This document shows positions 39,117-49,692 of a stretch of DNA of 64,000 bases, piece by piece. The notes under the pieces are model-generated. The model ran no database searches, was not told the origin of the DNA, and worked only from the letters and a program-made list of their open reading frames with translations. This DNA comes from Polyangiales bacterium (GTDB lineage Bacteria > Myxococcota_A > Polyangia > Polyangiales > Ga0077539). Positions within the stretch are counted from its first letter, which is position 1; the number at the start of each line of letters is the position of its first letter. Both the position numbers and the translations under genes were made by a program. Location: NCBI GenBank assembly GCA_044229975.1, contig JBGARZ010000001.1:704001-768000 (forward strand), given 5' to 3'.

Positions 39117-40066
39117 GCTGGCCTCCCGCGTCGACCGCTCTGCTTCTCGCCGTCGCTCTCTCCGCCTGTACGCCCGACGTCGATCTCGCGACCTCCGCCG
39201 CACCCGATGCATCTCCGCCCCGCTGGGCCGTCGTCGCCAGCACCACGCCCGTCGACCTCCGCGCCATCCACGGCACCGCCGCCGATGACATCTGGGCCGT
39301 CGGCGACAATGGCGTCGCACTCCACTGGGACGGTTCCCGCTGGAGCGCCGTCGCCACCAACACGTCCGTCGACCTCGTCGGTGTCTGGGCCCACACGCGC
39401 GACGACGCCTGGGCCTTCGGTGGTGGCAACCCCGGCGGCCCGCGCTTCCTCCGCTGGAACGGCACCGCCTGGAACCCCGTCACCCCGAGCCTCCCCCGCC
39501 CCATCTTCCCGCGCGCCGTCTGGGGCGCCGACAACCACGTCTGGTTTGTCGGTGAAGCCATGGGAGGCGATCCGCCCATCTACCACTGGGACGGCACCAG
39601 CTTCGGGCCCGAGATGGTCCCGACCCGCCCGCAGCAGCTCGTCGGCATCACCGCCGCCAGCGCCGACGACGCCTGGACCGTCAGCGATCGTGTGATCGCC
39701 CGCCGGGTCAGCGGCAACTGGACCCTTCCCTTGCCGCCACCGCCCAGCGGTCCTCCCTTCGCCGGCGCGATGTGCGCGACCCGCGGCGGCGTGTGGGCCG
39801 CCGTCGAAGGCGGCCCCGTCCTGCGCGGCAACGGAAGCGGCTGGAACCCCACCACACCTCCCACCTCGACCACGCTGCGCGCCCTCTGGTGCGACCGCAC
39901 CGATGACGTCTGGGCCCTCGACGGCAGCGCCCGCATCCTCCACTTCCACGACTCCGCGTGGACCGTCGAGCCCTTGCCCCGCGGCGACCTCTCGGCGCTC
40001 TGGGGCGTCGGCAACGAGCTCTGGGCCGTCGGCGCCCGCGGCACCATTCTCCGGTCCAACCCGTAG
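39113..40066 (+). CDS. Lipoprotein with beta-propeller-like repeats
   Basis: Lipobox LSAC; repeated L..(V/I)WG...DDxWAVG...HWDG..W. Confidence 0.75.
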   Translation: MSWPPASTALLLAVALSACTPDVDLATSAAPDASPPRWAVVASTTPVDLRAIHGTAADDIWAVGDNGVALHWDGSRWSAVATNTSVDLVGVWAHTRDDAWAFGGGNPGGPRFLRWNGTAWNPVTPSLPRPIFPRAVWGADNHVWFVGEAMGGDPPIYHWDGTSFGPEMVPTRPQQLVGITAASADDAWTVSDRVIARRVSGNWTLPLPPPPSGPPFAGAMCATRGGVWAAVEGGPVLRGNGSGWNPTTPPTSTTLRALWCDRTDDVWALDGSARILHFHDSAWTVEPLPRGDLSALWGVGNELWAVGARGTILRSNP

Positions 40067-40156
40067 TCCGCCTCCCCGCTCCGCACCTGTCACGCGAACG
40101 CCGCAATCGACCGCGGCGGCTCTGATAGACGTGGCCGCAGCGAGGTCAGCGAACCT

Positions 40157-41557
40157 GTGGTGAAGCGCGCAGCTCTGTGGTCCATCGCCCTGGCGGGCGT
40201 CTCGATCGGCCTCTCCCTTCCGCGGGAGGCCCATGCAGTCCGGGTGTGGGAGGAGGCACGAGCGGGATGGGTTCCGCCCGGCGGCATCGGCCCCGGGGGA
40301 CTCTCCCTCTCCAACATGTTCACGGGCTCCGGCGCGTCGCCCGACCTGCGCGCGCCCGACTTCGTGCCGCCCCTCGCCGCGGGCGGTCACGTGGGCTCCA
40401 GCCGCTACCCCGAAGGCGTCGCCGAGCGCTGGCTCGACATCGGCTTCTTCGCGCAGCCGCAGTTCATCTACCAGACCGGCTACGACTCCGATCAATCGTC
40501 CAACTTCTCGCTCCCCTTGGGCGTGAGCCTGCCGCGCACCCGCGTGGTCATCCACGGCCAGGTGCACCCGCTCCTCCAGATGCGCTTCGAGTTCAACATG
40601 TCGAACAACCTCGACCTGCTCGACGCCTACGCCCTCGTCCCCATCCGCCGCTGGCTCCAGGTGCAGATCGGGCAGTTCCGCGTGCCGTTCTCCCGCCAGG
40701 AGCTCGTCTCCGGGTCGCGCTACCAGTTCACCGAGCGCGCGCTCTGGGCCGGCAACGCCAACGCCTCGGGCGTGCGCTTCATCCCCAGCTTCGACCTCGG
40801 CGGCATGGTCTGGGGCTGGGTCGGCCCCCGCGACATCTTCGAGTACTACGCCGGCTTCTGGAACGGTAAGGGTCGCAACGCCGCCTTCAATCTGGACAGC
40901 AACCTCCTCTACGCGGGCCGCGTCGCCATCAATCCCCTCGGTCGTCCGCGCGCGTTGCAGGAAGGCGCCATCAACCTGCCGCAGACCGCCACCCTCGCCA
41001 TCGGACTCAACGCCGCGTACCAGGTGCGCCAGGTCGGGCTCGTCACGCTCCCCGGGCAGACCGCCGCCGTCCCCAACCGCATCGACGTCACTTCCCTCGG
41101 CGCCGACGTCTTCTTCGCCGCGCGCGGCTTCTCGGCTTACGGAGAGGTGTACTTCCGCGACACGCAGGAGACCGACACCGCGGCCGCGCCCAACACCCAG
41201 TCCCTCGGCTGGCTCGTGCAAGCCGGGTACTTCATCCCGACGCCCGCGCTACGCAACCACCTCGAAGTCGTCGCCCGCGCGCAGAGCTTCGACCCGTCCA
41301 ACTGCTACACGGTCAGCGCCGGCGACAACTGCGGTCAGCGACCGCCCGCGTCGCAGTCGCGCGAGGTGTACCGCGACTTCATGTTCGCCCGCGCCTACAC
41401 CTTCGGCGTCAACTGGTACCAGCTCGGACACGGTTTCAAGATCCAGGCGCAGTACACGATCAACACCGAGCACCGCGACGTCACCAACGACCGTCGCCCC
41501 GGTAGCGGTGTCGTCGCCAACGACCTCTTCTCCCTGCTCCTCACCGGCTCGTTCTGA
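40157..41557 (+). CDS. OprO/OprP-like porin
   Basis: Signal peptide; LLDAY, QIGQFRVPFSRQ, FTERA, TFGVNWY, terminal Phe. Confidence 0.75.
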   Translation: MVKRAALWSIALAGVSIGLSLPREAHAVRVWEEARAGWVPPGGIGPGGLSLSNMFTGSGASPDLRAPDFVPPLAAGGHVGSSRYPEGVAERWLDIGFFAQPQFIYQTGYDSDQSSNFSLPLGVSLPRTRVVIHGQVHPLLQMRFEFNMSNNLDLLDAYALVPIRRWLQVQIGQFRVPFSRQELVSGSRYQFTERALWAGNANASGVRFIPSFDLGGMVWGWVGPRDIFEYYAGFWNGKGRNAAFNLDSNLLYAGRVAINPLGRPRALQEGAINLPQTATLAIGLNAAYQVRQVGLVTLPGQTAAVPNRIDVTSLGADVFFAARGFSAYGEVYFRDTQETDTAAAPNTQSLGWLVQAGYFIPTPALRNHLEVVARAQSFDPSNCYTVSAGDNCGQRPPASQSREVYRDFMFARAYTFGVNWYQLGHGFKIQAQYTINTEHRDVTNDRRPGSGVVANDLFSLLLTGSF

Positions 41558-41575
41558 GCGCCGCGAGACACCACC

Positions 41576-43018
41576 ATGCGTACCCTCCGAACACTCCCGC
41601 TCGTCGCCCTCCTCTCCCTCGCCGCCTCCTGTCAGGAGACGCTCCAGACGCCCTCCAATGACGCTGGTGGCGTCGCGCCCAACGACCTCGGGTCATCCAC
41701 CGACAGCGCGGCCATCGCCCCCGACGACAGCGGCGAGCCCGCGGCCGACGACCGAACGCCCCTCTCGTACACGCCGATGGGGTGCATGCACACCGTCCGG
41801 TCGCTCGAAGGCAGCGTCAACAACCGGCGCGGCGACACCACCACCTTCGGCCCGATGCCCGACCCCCGCTTCGTGCACACGACGTGGCCGGCCGAGCCCT
41901 CCAGCACCGTCGCGTTTCTCTGGCAGACCGACCGCACCACGCGCGCGACGGTGGTGCAGTACGGCACCGACCCGATGCGCCTCGATCAGACCGCCATCGG
42001 CAGCGTGAGCACCGGTGGTGGTGGCGCGGCGGCCGAGGTCACCATCCACGAGACCCACGTCTGCGGGCTCATGCCCGACACCACGTACCACTACCGCGTC
42101 GGCGGCGAAGGCCACTGGAGCGCGGTGCAGCGCTTCAAGACGGCACCCGCGCCCGGTCGCACGGACTACGACGTCAACTTCGCCGTCACGGGCGACTCGC
42201 GCGACAACTTCACCACCTGGCAGCAGGTGCAGGAGCGCGTGCTGATGGGCGCGCAGCCCCCCGACTTCCAGATCTTCAGCGGCGACGCCGTGCTGCTCGG
42301 AACGCTACAGGGCGCGTGGCGCCAGTGGTTCGCGGGCGCGTCGAGCACCATGGCGGTGATGCCCTTCGTGATGGTGCACGGCAACCACGACGCGCTGGCC
42401 ATCAACTACCTCATCCAGTTTGCGCAGCCGCAGGTGGAGTCGCCCGCGCAGAGCGAGCTGTACTTCTCCTTCGACTACGGCCCCGTGCACTTCGTGGTGC
42501 TCAACGACACGCCGCTCCGCAACGACTACTCGGGCGACGTCGCCGGGACGCAGCTCACCTGGCTGCGCGCCGACCTCGGTCGGGCCCGCGCCAACCGGGC
42601 GCGCGTTCCGTTCATCATCGTGTCGCACCACAAGCCGTGCTTCGGCTCGGCGCGGCACTCCTCCACCGAGGACACCGTCTTCGTGCGCACGACGTGGCCG
42701 CCGATCTTCGACGAGTACGGCGTCGACCTCGTCATCAACGGCCACGAGCACGACTTCGAGCTGAGCAAGGAGGTCGACGGCCTCGGCCAGGAGGTGAGCG
42801 GCCGCCGCGGAACGCGCTACGTCGTGGCAGCAGGCGCGGGCGCAGAGCTCTACACGCTCACCGACGGCACCGCGCGCTCGTGGTCGGCCTACTACGAGAG
42901 CGTGGTCAACCTGCTGCGCGTCCACGCGACGATGACCCGCCTGGAGATCACGCCGTATCGCCTCGACGGCACCGTCATCAACCAGGGTCGACTCACCTTC
43001 ACCCCGCGCGGCACCTGA
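41576..43018 (+). CDS. Purple acid phosphatase-type metallophosphoesterase lipoprotein
   Basis: Lipobox AASC; FN3-like GL.PDTTYHYRVG; GDS, SGD, GNHD, HHKP, NGHEH. Confidence 0.87.
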   Translation: MRTLRTLPLVALLSLAASCQETLQTPSNDAGGVAPNDLGSSTDSAAIAPDDSGEPAADDRTPLSYTPMGCMHTVRSLEGSVNNRRGDTTTFGPMPDPRFVHTTWPAEPSSTVAFLWQTDRTTRATVVQYGTDPMRLDQTAIGSVSTGGGGAAAEVTIHETHVCGLMPDTTYHYRVGGEGHWSAVQRFKTAPAPGRTDYDVNFAVTGDSRDNFTTWQQVQERVLMGAQPPDFQIFSGDAVLLGTLQGAWRQWFAGASSTMAVMPFVMVHGNHDALAINYLIQFAQPQVESPAQSELYFSFDYGPVHFVVLNDTPLRNDYSGDVAGTQLTWLRADLGRARANRARVPFIIVSHHKPCFGSARHSSTEDTVFVRTTWPPIFDEYGVDLVINGHEHDFELSKEVDGLGQEVSGRRGTRYVVAAGAGAELYTLTDGTARSWSAYYESVVNLLRVHATMTRLEITPYRLDGTVINQGRLTFTPRGT

Positions 43019-43071
43019 ACGCCCCGCCCGCGGTAGACGCGAGCGGGGGCGTTGACTAGATTCCGCGCCCC

Positions 43072-44277
43072 ATGGCCGAGCCCAGCCTGACGACCGAAGC
43101 CCTCCGCGCCGCCGCGGACGAGCTCTCGCAAACCCCCGACGACGACCGCATCCACCGCGTCGCCGAGGCCGTCACCGACGCCCTCGTCGATCAGGCGCAG
43201 CACCGCAACCCCGTGGTCTCGCCCTCCGTCGTCGACGCCCGCGTCGCCGCGCTCAAGCTCAAGCCCGAAGACGGTTCGACGAAGACCGGGCGGCCGCTGG
43301 AGATCGTTCGGGGCGGGGCGCGCAACGCGGCCGAGCGGGCCCTGCTCGCGAGCCTCGTGGCGTGGCACCTGGAGACGCTCCTGCAACGGCGCGACGGTGT
43401 TCACGCGGTGCGCTCGCTCGTCGGCGCGCTCGACTGGATGGAGTTTGTCGGCCACGTGCCGCCGTACACCGCCGCCCGCGAGACCCTCGACGCCGACGTC
43501 GTCGAACGCCTCGACGCCGTGCTCGACGGCGCCCCCATCGAGGCCGCCACGCCCGCCGCCACCGCGGCCGTGCGTGCGTTGCGCGGCAAGGCCCCAGCCC
43601 CCGTCGCGGGTGCGAGCGTGACGCGAGACGGATCGCGCGCGGAGTCCGTGTCCATCGCCGGCGAGCTGGAGGGTGAAGACCGCCCCGGCTGGCGTCGCCT
43701 GCTCTGGGCGATGCTGTGGGCGCGGCCCGCGCGCGCGGTGCTGCGGGTGGTGTTCTCGCTGCGGTCGCCGGTGACGGTGTCGCTCGACGGCGACGCGCTG
43801 CGGGTGCACGGGCACACCGAGCTCCTCGGGCGAACGCTGCGAACCTGGGACGAGCGCTTCCCGCTGTCGGGCATGGCGATGCTGCGACGCGAGGCGAGGT
43901 TTCCGATGCTGCCGGTGGCGGCGTCGGTGTTCGCGCTGGGCTTCGGGTCGGTGCTCGGGGCGCAGCGCGCCATCGAGGGGCTGCGCGCGCACTACTTCCC
44001 GCTCGTGGCCTTCGGGCTGATCGCGGTGTTCGGCGGCGTGCTCTTCGACTGGATCATGCGGGCGGTGTTTCCGGGCGTGACGGGTCACACGCGGCTCACC
44101 GTGCGGGGGCGCGACGGCCGCGGGGCGGTGCTCACGGCGCTGCCGCTGGGCGAGCTCGACGCGCTGATGGACGCGGTCGACTCACGGCTGCGCGGCAGCG
44201 GTGGCGGGGCGGCGGTGCTGTCGAACGAGACGGTGCGGGATGAGGTTCCGGCGCCGTCGCGACATCGCGCGGGGTAG
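43072..44277 (+). CDS. Hypothetical membrane protein
   Basis: Codon-biased ORF with two TM helices near the C-terminus. Confidence 0.6.
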   Translation: MAEPSLTTEALRAAADELSQTPDDDRIHRVAEAVTDALVDQAQHRNPVVSPSVVDARVAALKLKPEDGSTKTGRPLEIVRGGARNAAERALLASLVAWHLETLLQRRDGVHAVRSLVGALDWMEFVGHVPPYTAARETLDADVVERLDAVLDGAPIEAATPAATAAVRALRGKAPAPVAGASVTRDGSRAESVSIAGELEGEDRPGWRRLLWAMLWARPARAVLRVVFSLRSPVTVSLDGDALRVHGHTELLGRTLRTWDERFPLSGMAMLRREARFPMLPVAASVFALGFGSVLGAQRAIEGLRAHYFPLVAFGLIAVFGGVLFDWIMRAVFPGVTGHTRLTVRGRDGRGAVLTALPLGELDALMDAVDSRLRGSGGGAAVLSNETVRDEVPAPSRHRAG

Positions 44278-44314
44278 TCGGCGGGGAGGGACGTGTCGGC
44301 GTCCCTGAGGAGTC

Positions 44315-44884
44315 TCAGGACTTCGGGGCGGACTCGCGCATCGCGTTGGCGGCCGCGATGCCGTCCGCGATGCTCTGGCGAATCGCCGCGAAGAGCGCGG
44401 GCAGCTTGCGGTAGCGGTCGGCCAGCGCCGGAACGCGATCGACCCGGTGCTCGAACTCACGGTTGACCTCGGAGAGGGCGACGTAGAGGTCGTGCGTGAG
44501 AATCTCCGCGCGCTCGGCGTGGAAGGCCTGGAGCCGCTCGATGCGGTGCGCGGCGTCGAGGGTGCGCCGGAGCTCGCCCATCACCCACCTGATCTTGGCC
44601 GGGTCGGGGCCGAGACCGCCAAAGTCGACGTCGTAGCGGGCGGCCTGGGAGACGACCTCCTCGCCCGCGAGCAGCGCCTCGGCGCGGACATCGGACGAGA
44701 GGCGGCGCAGACGACGACGACGCTCCTCGTGGGGGGTCGAACGCCAGCCCTCCGGGCACATGGGGAGCGCGGCGACGGCCACCGCGGGCGCCTTGCGGGT
44801 GCTGTCGATGGTGTCATCGAAGTCGATGACGCTCGCGGCGGTGGTGGTGGTCGAGGACGAAGAGCGAGAACGGCGGGTGGTCAT
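44315..44884 (-). CDS. Hypothetical protein
   Basis: AAGGAG RBS before ATG 44884; codon-biased frame. Confidence 0.6.
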   Translation of the reverse strand: MTTRRSRSSSSTTTTAASVIDFDDTIDSTRKAPAVAVAALPMCPEGWRSTPHEERRRRLRRLSSDVRAEALLAGEEVVSQAARYDVDFGGLGPDPAKIRWVMGELRRTLDAAHRIERLQAFHAERAEILTHDLYVALSEVNREFEHRVDRVPALADRYRKLPALFAAIRQSIADGIAAANAMRESAPKS

Positions 44885-45071
44885 GGCGGTGCTCCTTCGA
44901 GACGGACTCCGACCGGCCCGGCGGCGGTGTGCTGCAACCATTGCAGCGACGACCGGCGACGGTGCCGACGTGTCACGCGCTGTTGTCGGAGGGCCGTTTC
45001 CGGAGGTTGCGAGGCGGCGACGATTTTGTTGGAGCGGTTGAGTTCGAGGCGGTTGGGCGTCGACCACGGCG

Positions 45072-45199
45072 CGGGTTGGAGTCGAGCGCGACCGAGCGGG
45101 AGTCGAGTGCGACGCGGGTGGGGGTCAACCTCGACCCGGGTAGGGGTTGAGCACGACCGGGTCGAGGTTGAGTCCGATCGGGTCGGGGTCGACCTCGAC
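45072..45199. repeat. Degenerate 21-22-bp tandem repeats (about 6 units)
   Basis: Units start at 45072, 45093, 45115, 45137, 45158 and 45179; consensus approximately CGGGTNGGGGTYGASYNCGAC. Confidence 0.7.
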
Positions 45200-45344
45200 C
45201 GCCCTGTCTGTGCAGCGACCCCCACCCCGCACCGTGGTCGCCTACCCCATGGGGCGGTCATTCGCCGCACCCCTTTGACCACCTACCTCCCCGTCGTCGC
45301 CCGCTTTCCCGCGCGGCACGCCATCTGCCAGTGCCGTCCCGCCA

Positions 45345-46520
45345 ATGACACCACCAGATGGGCCACGCCTCAGGCGCTGGCTCGGGACGCTTGCCTTCGG
45401 AGCGCTCTGCGCGACCGCCACCTGGGTCGCCCGTAGCCCCGCCCCGGCCTCCCCCACCTCCCACGCCGCGACCGCCGCGACGCCCCGCCAGGGACGCCCC
45501 GAGGGGGGCCCGCGCGTGCGCGTCTCGGAGGAGTTCACCCGCCGCTTCGGGGTGCAGACCGCGTGCATCACGCCGCGCGCCCTCGCCCCCGCGCTCGACC
45601 TCGTCGGCTCCGTCGACTTCGACCCCGACCATGTCGCCGACGTCGGCGCCCGCATCCGCGGCCGGGTCACGCGCGTCCTCGTCGGCGCCGGCGACCCCGT
45701 CGAGATCGGAACCCCCCTCGTCGAGATCGAGAGCGTCAGCCTCGGCGACGTGCAGGCATCCCGCGTCGCCGCCCAGGCCCAGGCCGCCGCGGCCCGCGCC
45801 CGCCTCACCCGCGAGACCGATCTCTTCCGCCAACGCCTCACCACCGCCCGCGCCGTCGAGGACGCCCGCGCCGACCTCGCCCGCTTCGAGGCCGAGGCCA
45901 CCGGCGCCTCCCAGCGCCTCGCCGCCATGGGCGCGAGCGGCAGCGCGGGCCGTCACGTCGTGCTGCGGGCCCCCATCGCGGGACGCGTCATCCGCCGCGA
46001 CGTCATCGTCGGCCAGACCATCGACGACACCAACAGCGTGATGCGCATCGCCGATCTCACCCGCGTCTGGGTGCTGCTCGACGCCTACGAGACCGACCTG
46101 CCGCGACTCCACGTCGGCGACCGCGCGGAGATCACCTCGCGCGCCACCGAGGAGGAGACCCTCACCGGAACCGTCAGCCACGTCGACGCCACCATCGACC
46201 TGCGCACCCGTGCGGCGCGCGTCCGCGTCGAGGTGGTGAGCCCCGAGCAGCGCCTGCGGCCGGGACAGTTCGTGACGGCGCGCGTCCGGACGGCCGCCGA
46301 CGGCGTGCGCCCCGTGCTCGCGGTCCCGCGCAGCGCGGTCGTGCAGATCGACGGGCGACCCGCCGTGTTCATCGAGCGCGCGACGCGCGAGTACGAGGCC
46401 GCGACCATCGCCCTGGGCGAGGCCGACGGGGACAACATCGCCGTCGAGCGCGGACTGCGCGAGGGCGACATGGTGGTGACCGACGGGGCCTTCGCGCTGA
46501 AGAGCGAGCTGTTCCGATGA
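45345..46520 (+). CDS. RND efflux periplasmic adaptor (CzcB/CusB-like)
   Basis: LRAPIAGRV, IADLTRVWV, TR...RV, LRPGQFV, GLREGD.VV..GAF.LKSEL. Confidence 0.9.
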   Translation: MTPPDGPRLRRWLGTLAFGALCATATWVARSPAPASPTSHAATAATPRQGRPEGGPRVRVSEEFTRRFGVQTACITPRALAPALDLVGSVDFDPDHVADVGARIRGRVTRVLVGAGDPVEIGTPLVEIESVSLGDVQASRVAAQAQAAAARARLTRETDLFRQRLTTARAVEDARADLARFEAEATGASQRLAAMGASGSAGRHVVLRAPIAGRVIRRDVIVGQTIDDTNSVMRIADLTRVWVLLDAYETDLPRLHVGDRAEITSRATEEETLTGTVSHVDATIDLRTRAARVRVEVVSPEQRLRPGQFVTARVRTAADGVRPVLAVPRSAVVQIDGRPAVFIERATREYEAATIALGEADGDNIAVERGLREGDMVVTDGAFALKSELFR

Positions 46521-46541
46521 CGGCGGGGAGCGCGTAGCCCG

Positions 46542-49500
46542 ATGCTCGACGCGATCGTTCAGGCTGCGATCCGGTTTCGCCTCGCCGTCCTCGGCGTGAC
46601 GGGGCTGGTGCTGGTGATCGGTGCCGTCGTGGCGAAGGGCCTGCCCATCGACGCGGTGCCCGACGTCACCAACGTGCAGGTGCAGGTGCTCACCGACTCG
46701 CCGGGGCTCTCGGCCGAGGAGGTCGAGCGCTACGTGACGCTGCCCGTGGAGACCGGCCTCAACGGTCTGCCCAACCTGAGCGAGATCCGCTCGGTGACCC
46801 GCGCCGGGCTCTCGGCCGTGACCATCGTCTTCGACGACCGGGTGGACGTGTGGTTCGCCCGCCAGCTCGTCTCCGAACGCCTCCGCAGCATCGAGGCCGA
46901 CGTCCCCGCGCAGTTTGGTCGGCCGGAGCTCGCGCCCGTGTCGACGGGCCTCGGGGAGATCTACCAGTTCGTGCTGCGCAGCGACCGGCACTCGCCGATG
47001 GACCTCCGCACCATGCTGGAGTGGGACGTCGCCCCGCGGCTGCGCAGCGTGCCCGGCGTCATCGAGGTCAACGCCCTCGGCGGCGCGCGCAAGCAGTACG
47101 AGGTGGTGCTCGACCCGCACCGCCTGGCCGCGCACCGCATCACCATCGGGAGGGTTCTCGATGTGCTCCAGCGCAACAACGCCAACGTCGGCGGCGGCTG
47201 GATCGAACGCGGCGCCGAGCAGTTCACCATCCGCGGCGAGGCTCAGCTAAGAGATGTAGCCGACCTCAGCGCCGTGGTCGTTTCCACCGACGCCGACGGG
47301 ACGCCCGTGCAGATTCGCCACCTGGGAGAAGCCCGCGTCGGCGCGGCGCTGCCGCAGGGAGTGGTGACGCAGGACGGTCGCGGCGAGGTGGTCAGCGGCA
47401 TCGTCATGATGCTGCTCGGGCAGAACTCCCGCACCGTCGTCCACAACGTCCACGACCGCATCGCGGAGATCCGCCGAACGCTCCCCTACGGAGTGCGCAT
47501 CGACGAGGTGTACGACCGCGCGCAGTTCATCGACCGCACGCTCTCGACGGTGGAGCACAACCTCATCGAAGGCGCCGTGCTGGTGCTGCTGGTGCTGCTG
47601 GTGCTGCTCGGCTCGATGCGCGGCAGCGTGCTGGTGACGCTGGGGATTCCCTTCGCGATGATCCTGGCGATCTTCGGGATGCGGGCGCTCGACGTGTCGG
47701 GCAACCTGATGTCCCTCGGCGCCATCGACTTCGGCTTCCTCGTCGACGGGCCCATCGTGATGCTGGAGGCCGCGCTCGCCCGCCTCGCGCTGCAAGACAT
47801 CACCCAGAAGAACTACCGCGACGCCGTCGCCGACGCCGTCCGGCGCGTGGCGCGCCCGGTGGTGTTCTCGGTGCTCATCATCCTGCTCGTGTACCTCCCG
47901 CTGCTGTCGCTGGAGGGGACCGAAGGCAAGATGTTCCGCCCCATGGCCACCACCATGGCGCTCGCGCTCGGCGGGTCGGTGGTGTTCGCGCTGGTGGTGT
48001 TTCCCGCGGGCGCGGTGACCTTCCTGCGCCCGCCGAAGAAGCCCGGGTCGCACGGCCTCCTGCACCGACTGGAACGACCGTACTCCCGCGCCGTGACCTG
48101 GGCCGTGAGGCAGCGCACCGCCCTCTTCATCGCGGCCATCGCGGGCCTCGCGCTCACCATGCCCATCGCGGCGGGGCTCGGCGCCGACTTCGTTCCGCGC
48201 ATCGACGAGGGCGACATCGTGGTGGCCATCCGCCGCATTCCGTCCATCGGTTTTGCCGAGGCGCGGCGGCTCGACCTCGCGACCGAGCGGGTGCTCGCGC
48301 GCTTCCCCGAGGTGGTCACGTCCCTCGCGATGACCGGCCGCGCCGAGGTGGCGACGGACCCCGTCGGCATGGACAACACCGACATCCTGGTGCACCTGCG
48401 GCCGCGTAGTCAGTGGCGCACGGCGCACGACCTCGACAGCCTCGGCGAGATCATGAAGACCGCCATCGAGCGGGAGGTCCCGTCGACCTTCGTGTCCATC
48501 TCGCAGCCCATCGAAGACCGCACCAACGAGCTCATCTCGGGCTCGCGCGCCGACGTGGCGATCCACCTCTTCGGCGAGGACCTCACCGTCATGAGCGACC
48601 TCGGCAACCGCATCGGCCAGCTCATGCGGGCGACGCCGGGCGCGGGCGACGTGCGCGTCGAGCGGGCGCTGGGCTTCCCGATGATGCAGGTGCGCGTCGA
48701 CCGGCAGCGGCTGGCGCGGCACGGCATCGCGGCGGACGACGTGCTCGCGGCCGTCGAGGCGACGCGGCAGGGTCGGCGCGTCGGAGTGATGTTCGAGGGG
48801 CGGCGCCGCTTCGACCTGCGGGTGCTGCTGCCGCCGTTTGGTCGCGGGACCTCGAGCGTCGAGTCGCTCCCGGTGGGTGACCCCGAGGGCGGACTCGTTC
48901 CGCTCGGTCAGGTGGCCGACGTGACGGAGGAAGACGGCCCCGCGCAGATCAGCCGCGAGGGCATGCAACGCCGGCTGCGCGTCGAGGTGAACATCCGCGG
49001 CCGCGACCTCGTGGGCTTCGTCGACGACGCCCGCGCGCGGGTCGAGCGGGAGGTGCGATTGCCTCCCGGCTACCGCGTGGAGTGGAGCGGTCAGTTCGAG
49101 AACTTCGCCCGCGCGCGCGACCGCCTGGCGGTGGTGGTGCCGGTGAGCCTCGGGCTCATCGTGGCGATGCTGTTCTGGATGTTCGGTGACGCACGGTACG
49201 CGCTGGCGGTGTTCTCGGGGGTGCCCTTCGCGCTCATCGGCGGCATCGTGGCGCTCAAGCTGCGCGGGATGTCCTTCAGCCTCCCGGCGGCCATCGGGTT
49301 CATCGCGCTGTGCGGCATCGCGGTGCTCAACGGCGTGGTGATGGCGAGCGAGATCCGTCGACGCGTGGACGAGGGCGCCGAGCCCGATCAGGCGCTCGTC
49401 GACGGGGCGGTGACGGTGCTGCAACCGCTGCTGCTGACGGCGCTGGTGGCGGCGCTGGGCTTCGCGCCGATGGCGCTGTCGACGTCCGCGGGCAGCGAGG

Positions 49501-49637
49501 TGCAGCGCCCGTTGGCGACGGTGGTCATCGGCGGGCTCGCGTCGAGCACGCTGCTGGGGGTGTTCCTGCTGCCGGCGCTGCTTCGGGCGATCGCGGTGCG
49601 GCCGAAGCCCGCCGAGCCTGAGGTTGCCGCGGAGTGA
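46542..49637 (+). CDS. czcA: CzcA/CusA-family heavy-metal efflux RND transporter
   Basis: IDAVPDVTNVQVQV, STGLGEI, GNLMSLGAIDFG, EGKMFRPMA, GSEVQRPLATVVIGG. Confidence 0.92.
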   Translation: MLDAIVQAAIRFRLAVLGVTGLVLVIGAVVAKGLPIDAVPDVTNVQVQVLTDSPGLSAEEVERYVTLPVETGLNGLPNLSEIRSVTRAGLSAVTIVFDDRVDVWFARQLVSERLRSIEADVPAQFGRPELAPVSTGLGEIYQFVLRSDRHSPMDLRTMLEWDVAPRLRSVPGVIEVNALGGARKQYEVVLDPHRLAAHRITIGRVLDVLQRNNANVGGGWIERGAEQFTIRGEAQLRDVADLSAVVVSTDADGTPVQIRHLGEARVGAALPQGVVTQDGRGEVVSGIVMMLLGQNSRTVVHNVHDRIAEIRRTLPYGVRIDEVYDRAQFIDRTLSTVEHNLIEGAVLVLLVLLVLLGSMRGSVLVTLGIPFAMILAIFGMRALDVSGNLMSLGAIDFGFLVDGPIVMLEAALARLALQDITQKNYRDAVADAVRRVARPVVFSVLIILLVYLPLLSLEGTEGKMFRPMATTMALALGGSVVFALVVFPAGAVTFLRPPKKPGSHGLLHRLERPYSRAVTWAVRQRTALFIAAIAGLALTMPIAAGLGADFVPRIDEGDIVVAIRRIPSIGFAEARRLDLATERVLARFPEVVTSLAMTGRAEVATDPVGMDNTDILVHLRPRSQWRTAHDLDSLGEIMKTAIEREVPSTFVSISQPIEDRTNELISGSRADVAIHLFGEDLTVMSDLGNRIGQLMRATPGAGDVRVERALGFPMMQVRVDRQRLARHGIAADDVLAAVEATRQGRRVGVMFEGRRRFDLRVLLPPFGRGTSSVESLPVGDPEGGLVPLGQVADVTEEDGPAQISREGMQRRLRVEVNIRGRDLVGFVDDARARVEREVRLPPGYRVEWSGQFENFARARDRLAVVVPVSLGLIVAMLFWMFGDARYALAVFSGVPFALIGGIVALKLRGMSFSLPAAIGFIALCGIAVLNGVVMASEIRRRVDEGAEPDQALVDGAVTVLQPLLLTALVAALGFAPMALSTSAGSEVQRPLATVVIGGLASSTLLGVFLLPALLRAIAVRPKPAEPEVAAE

Positions 49638-49692
49638 CACTTCGCCGTGGCGACCGCGGATTGAAAACCCACGGCAGCCACGGCGCAGCGCC

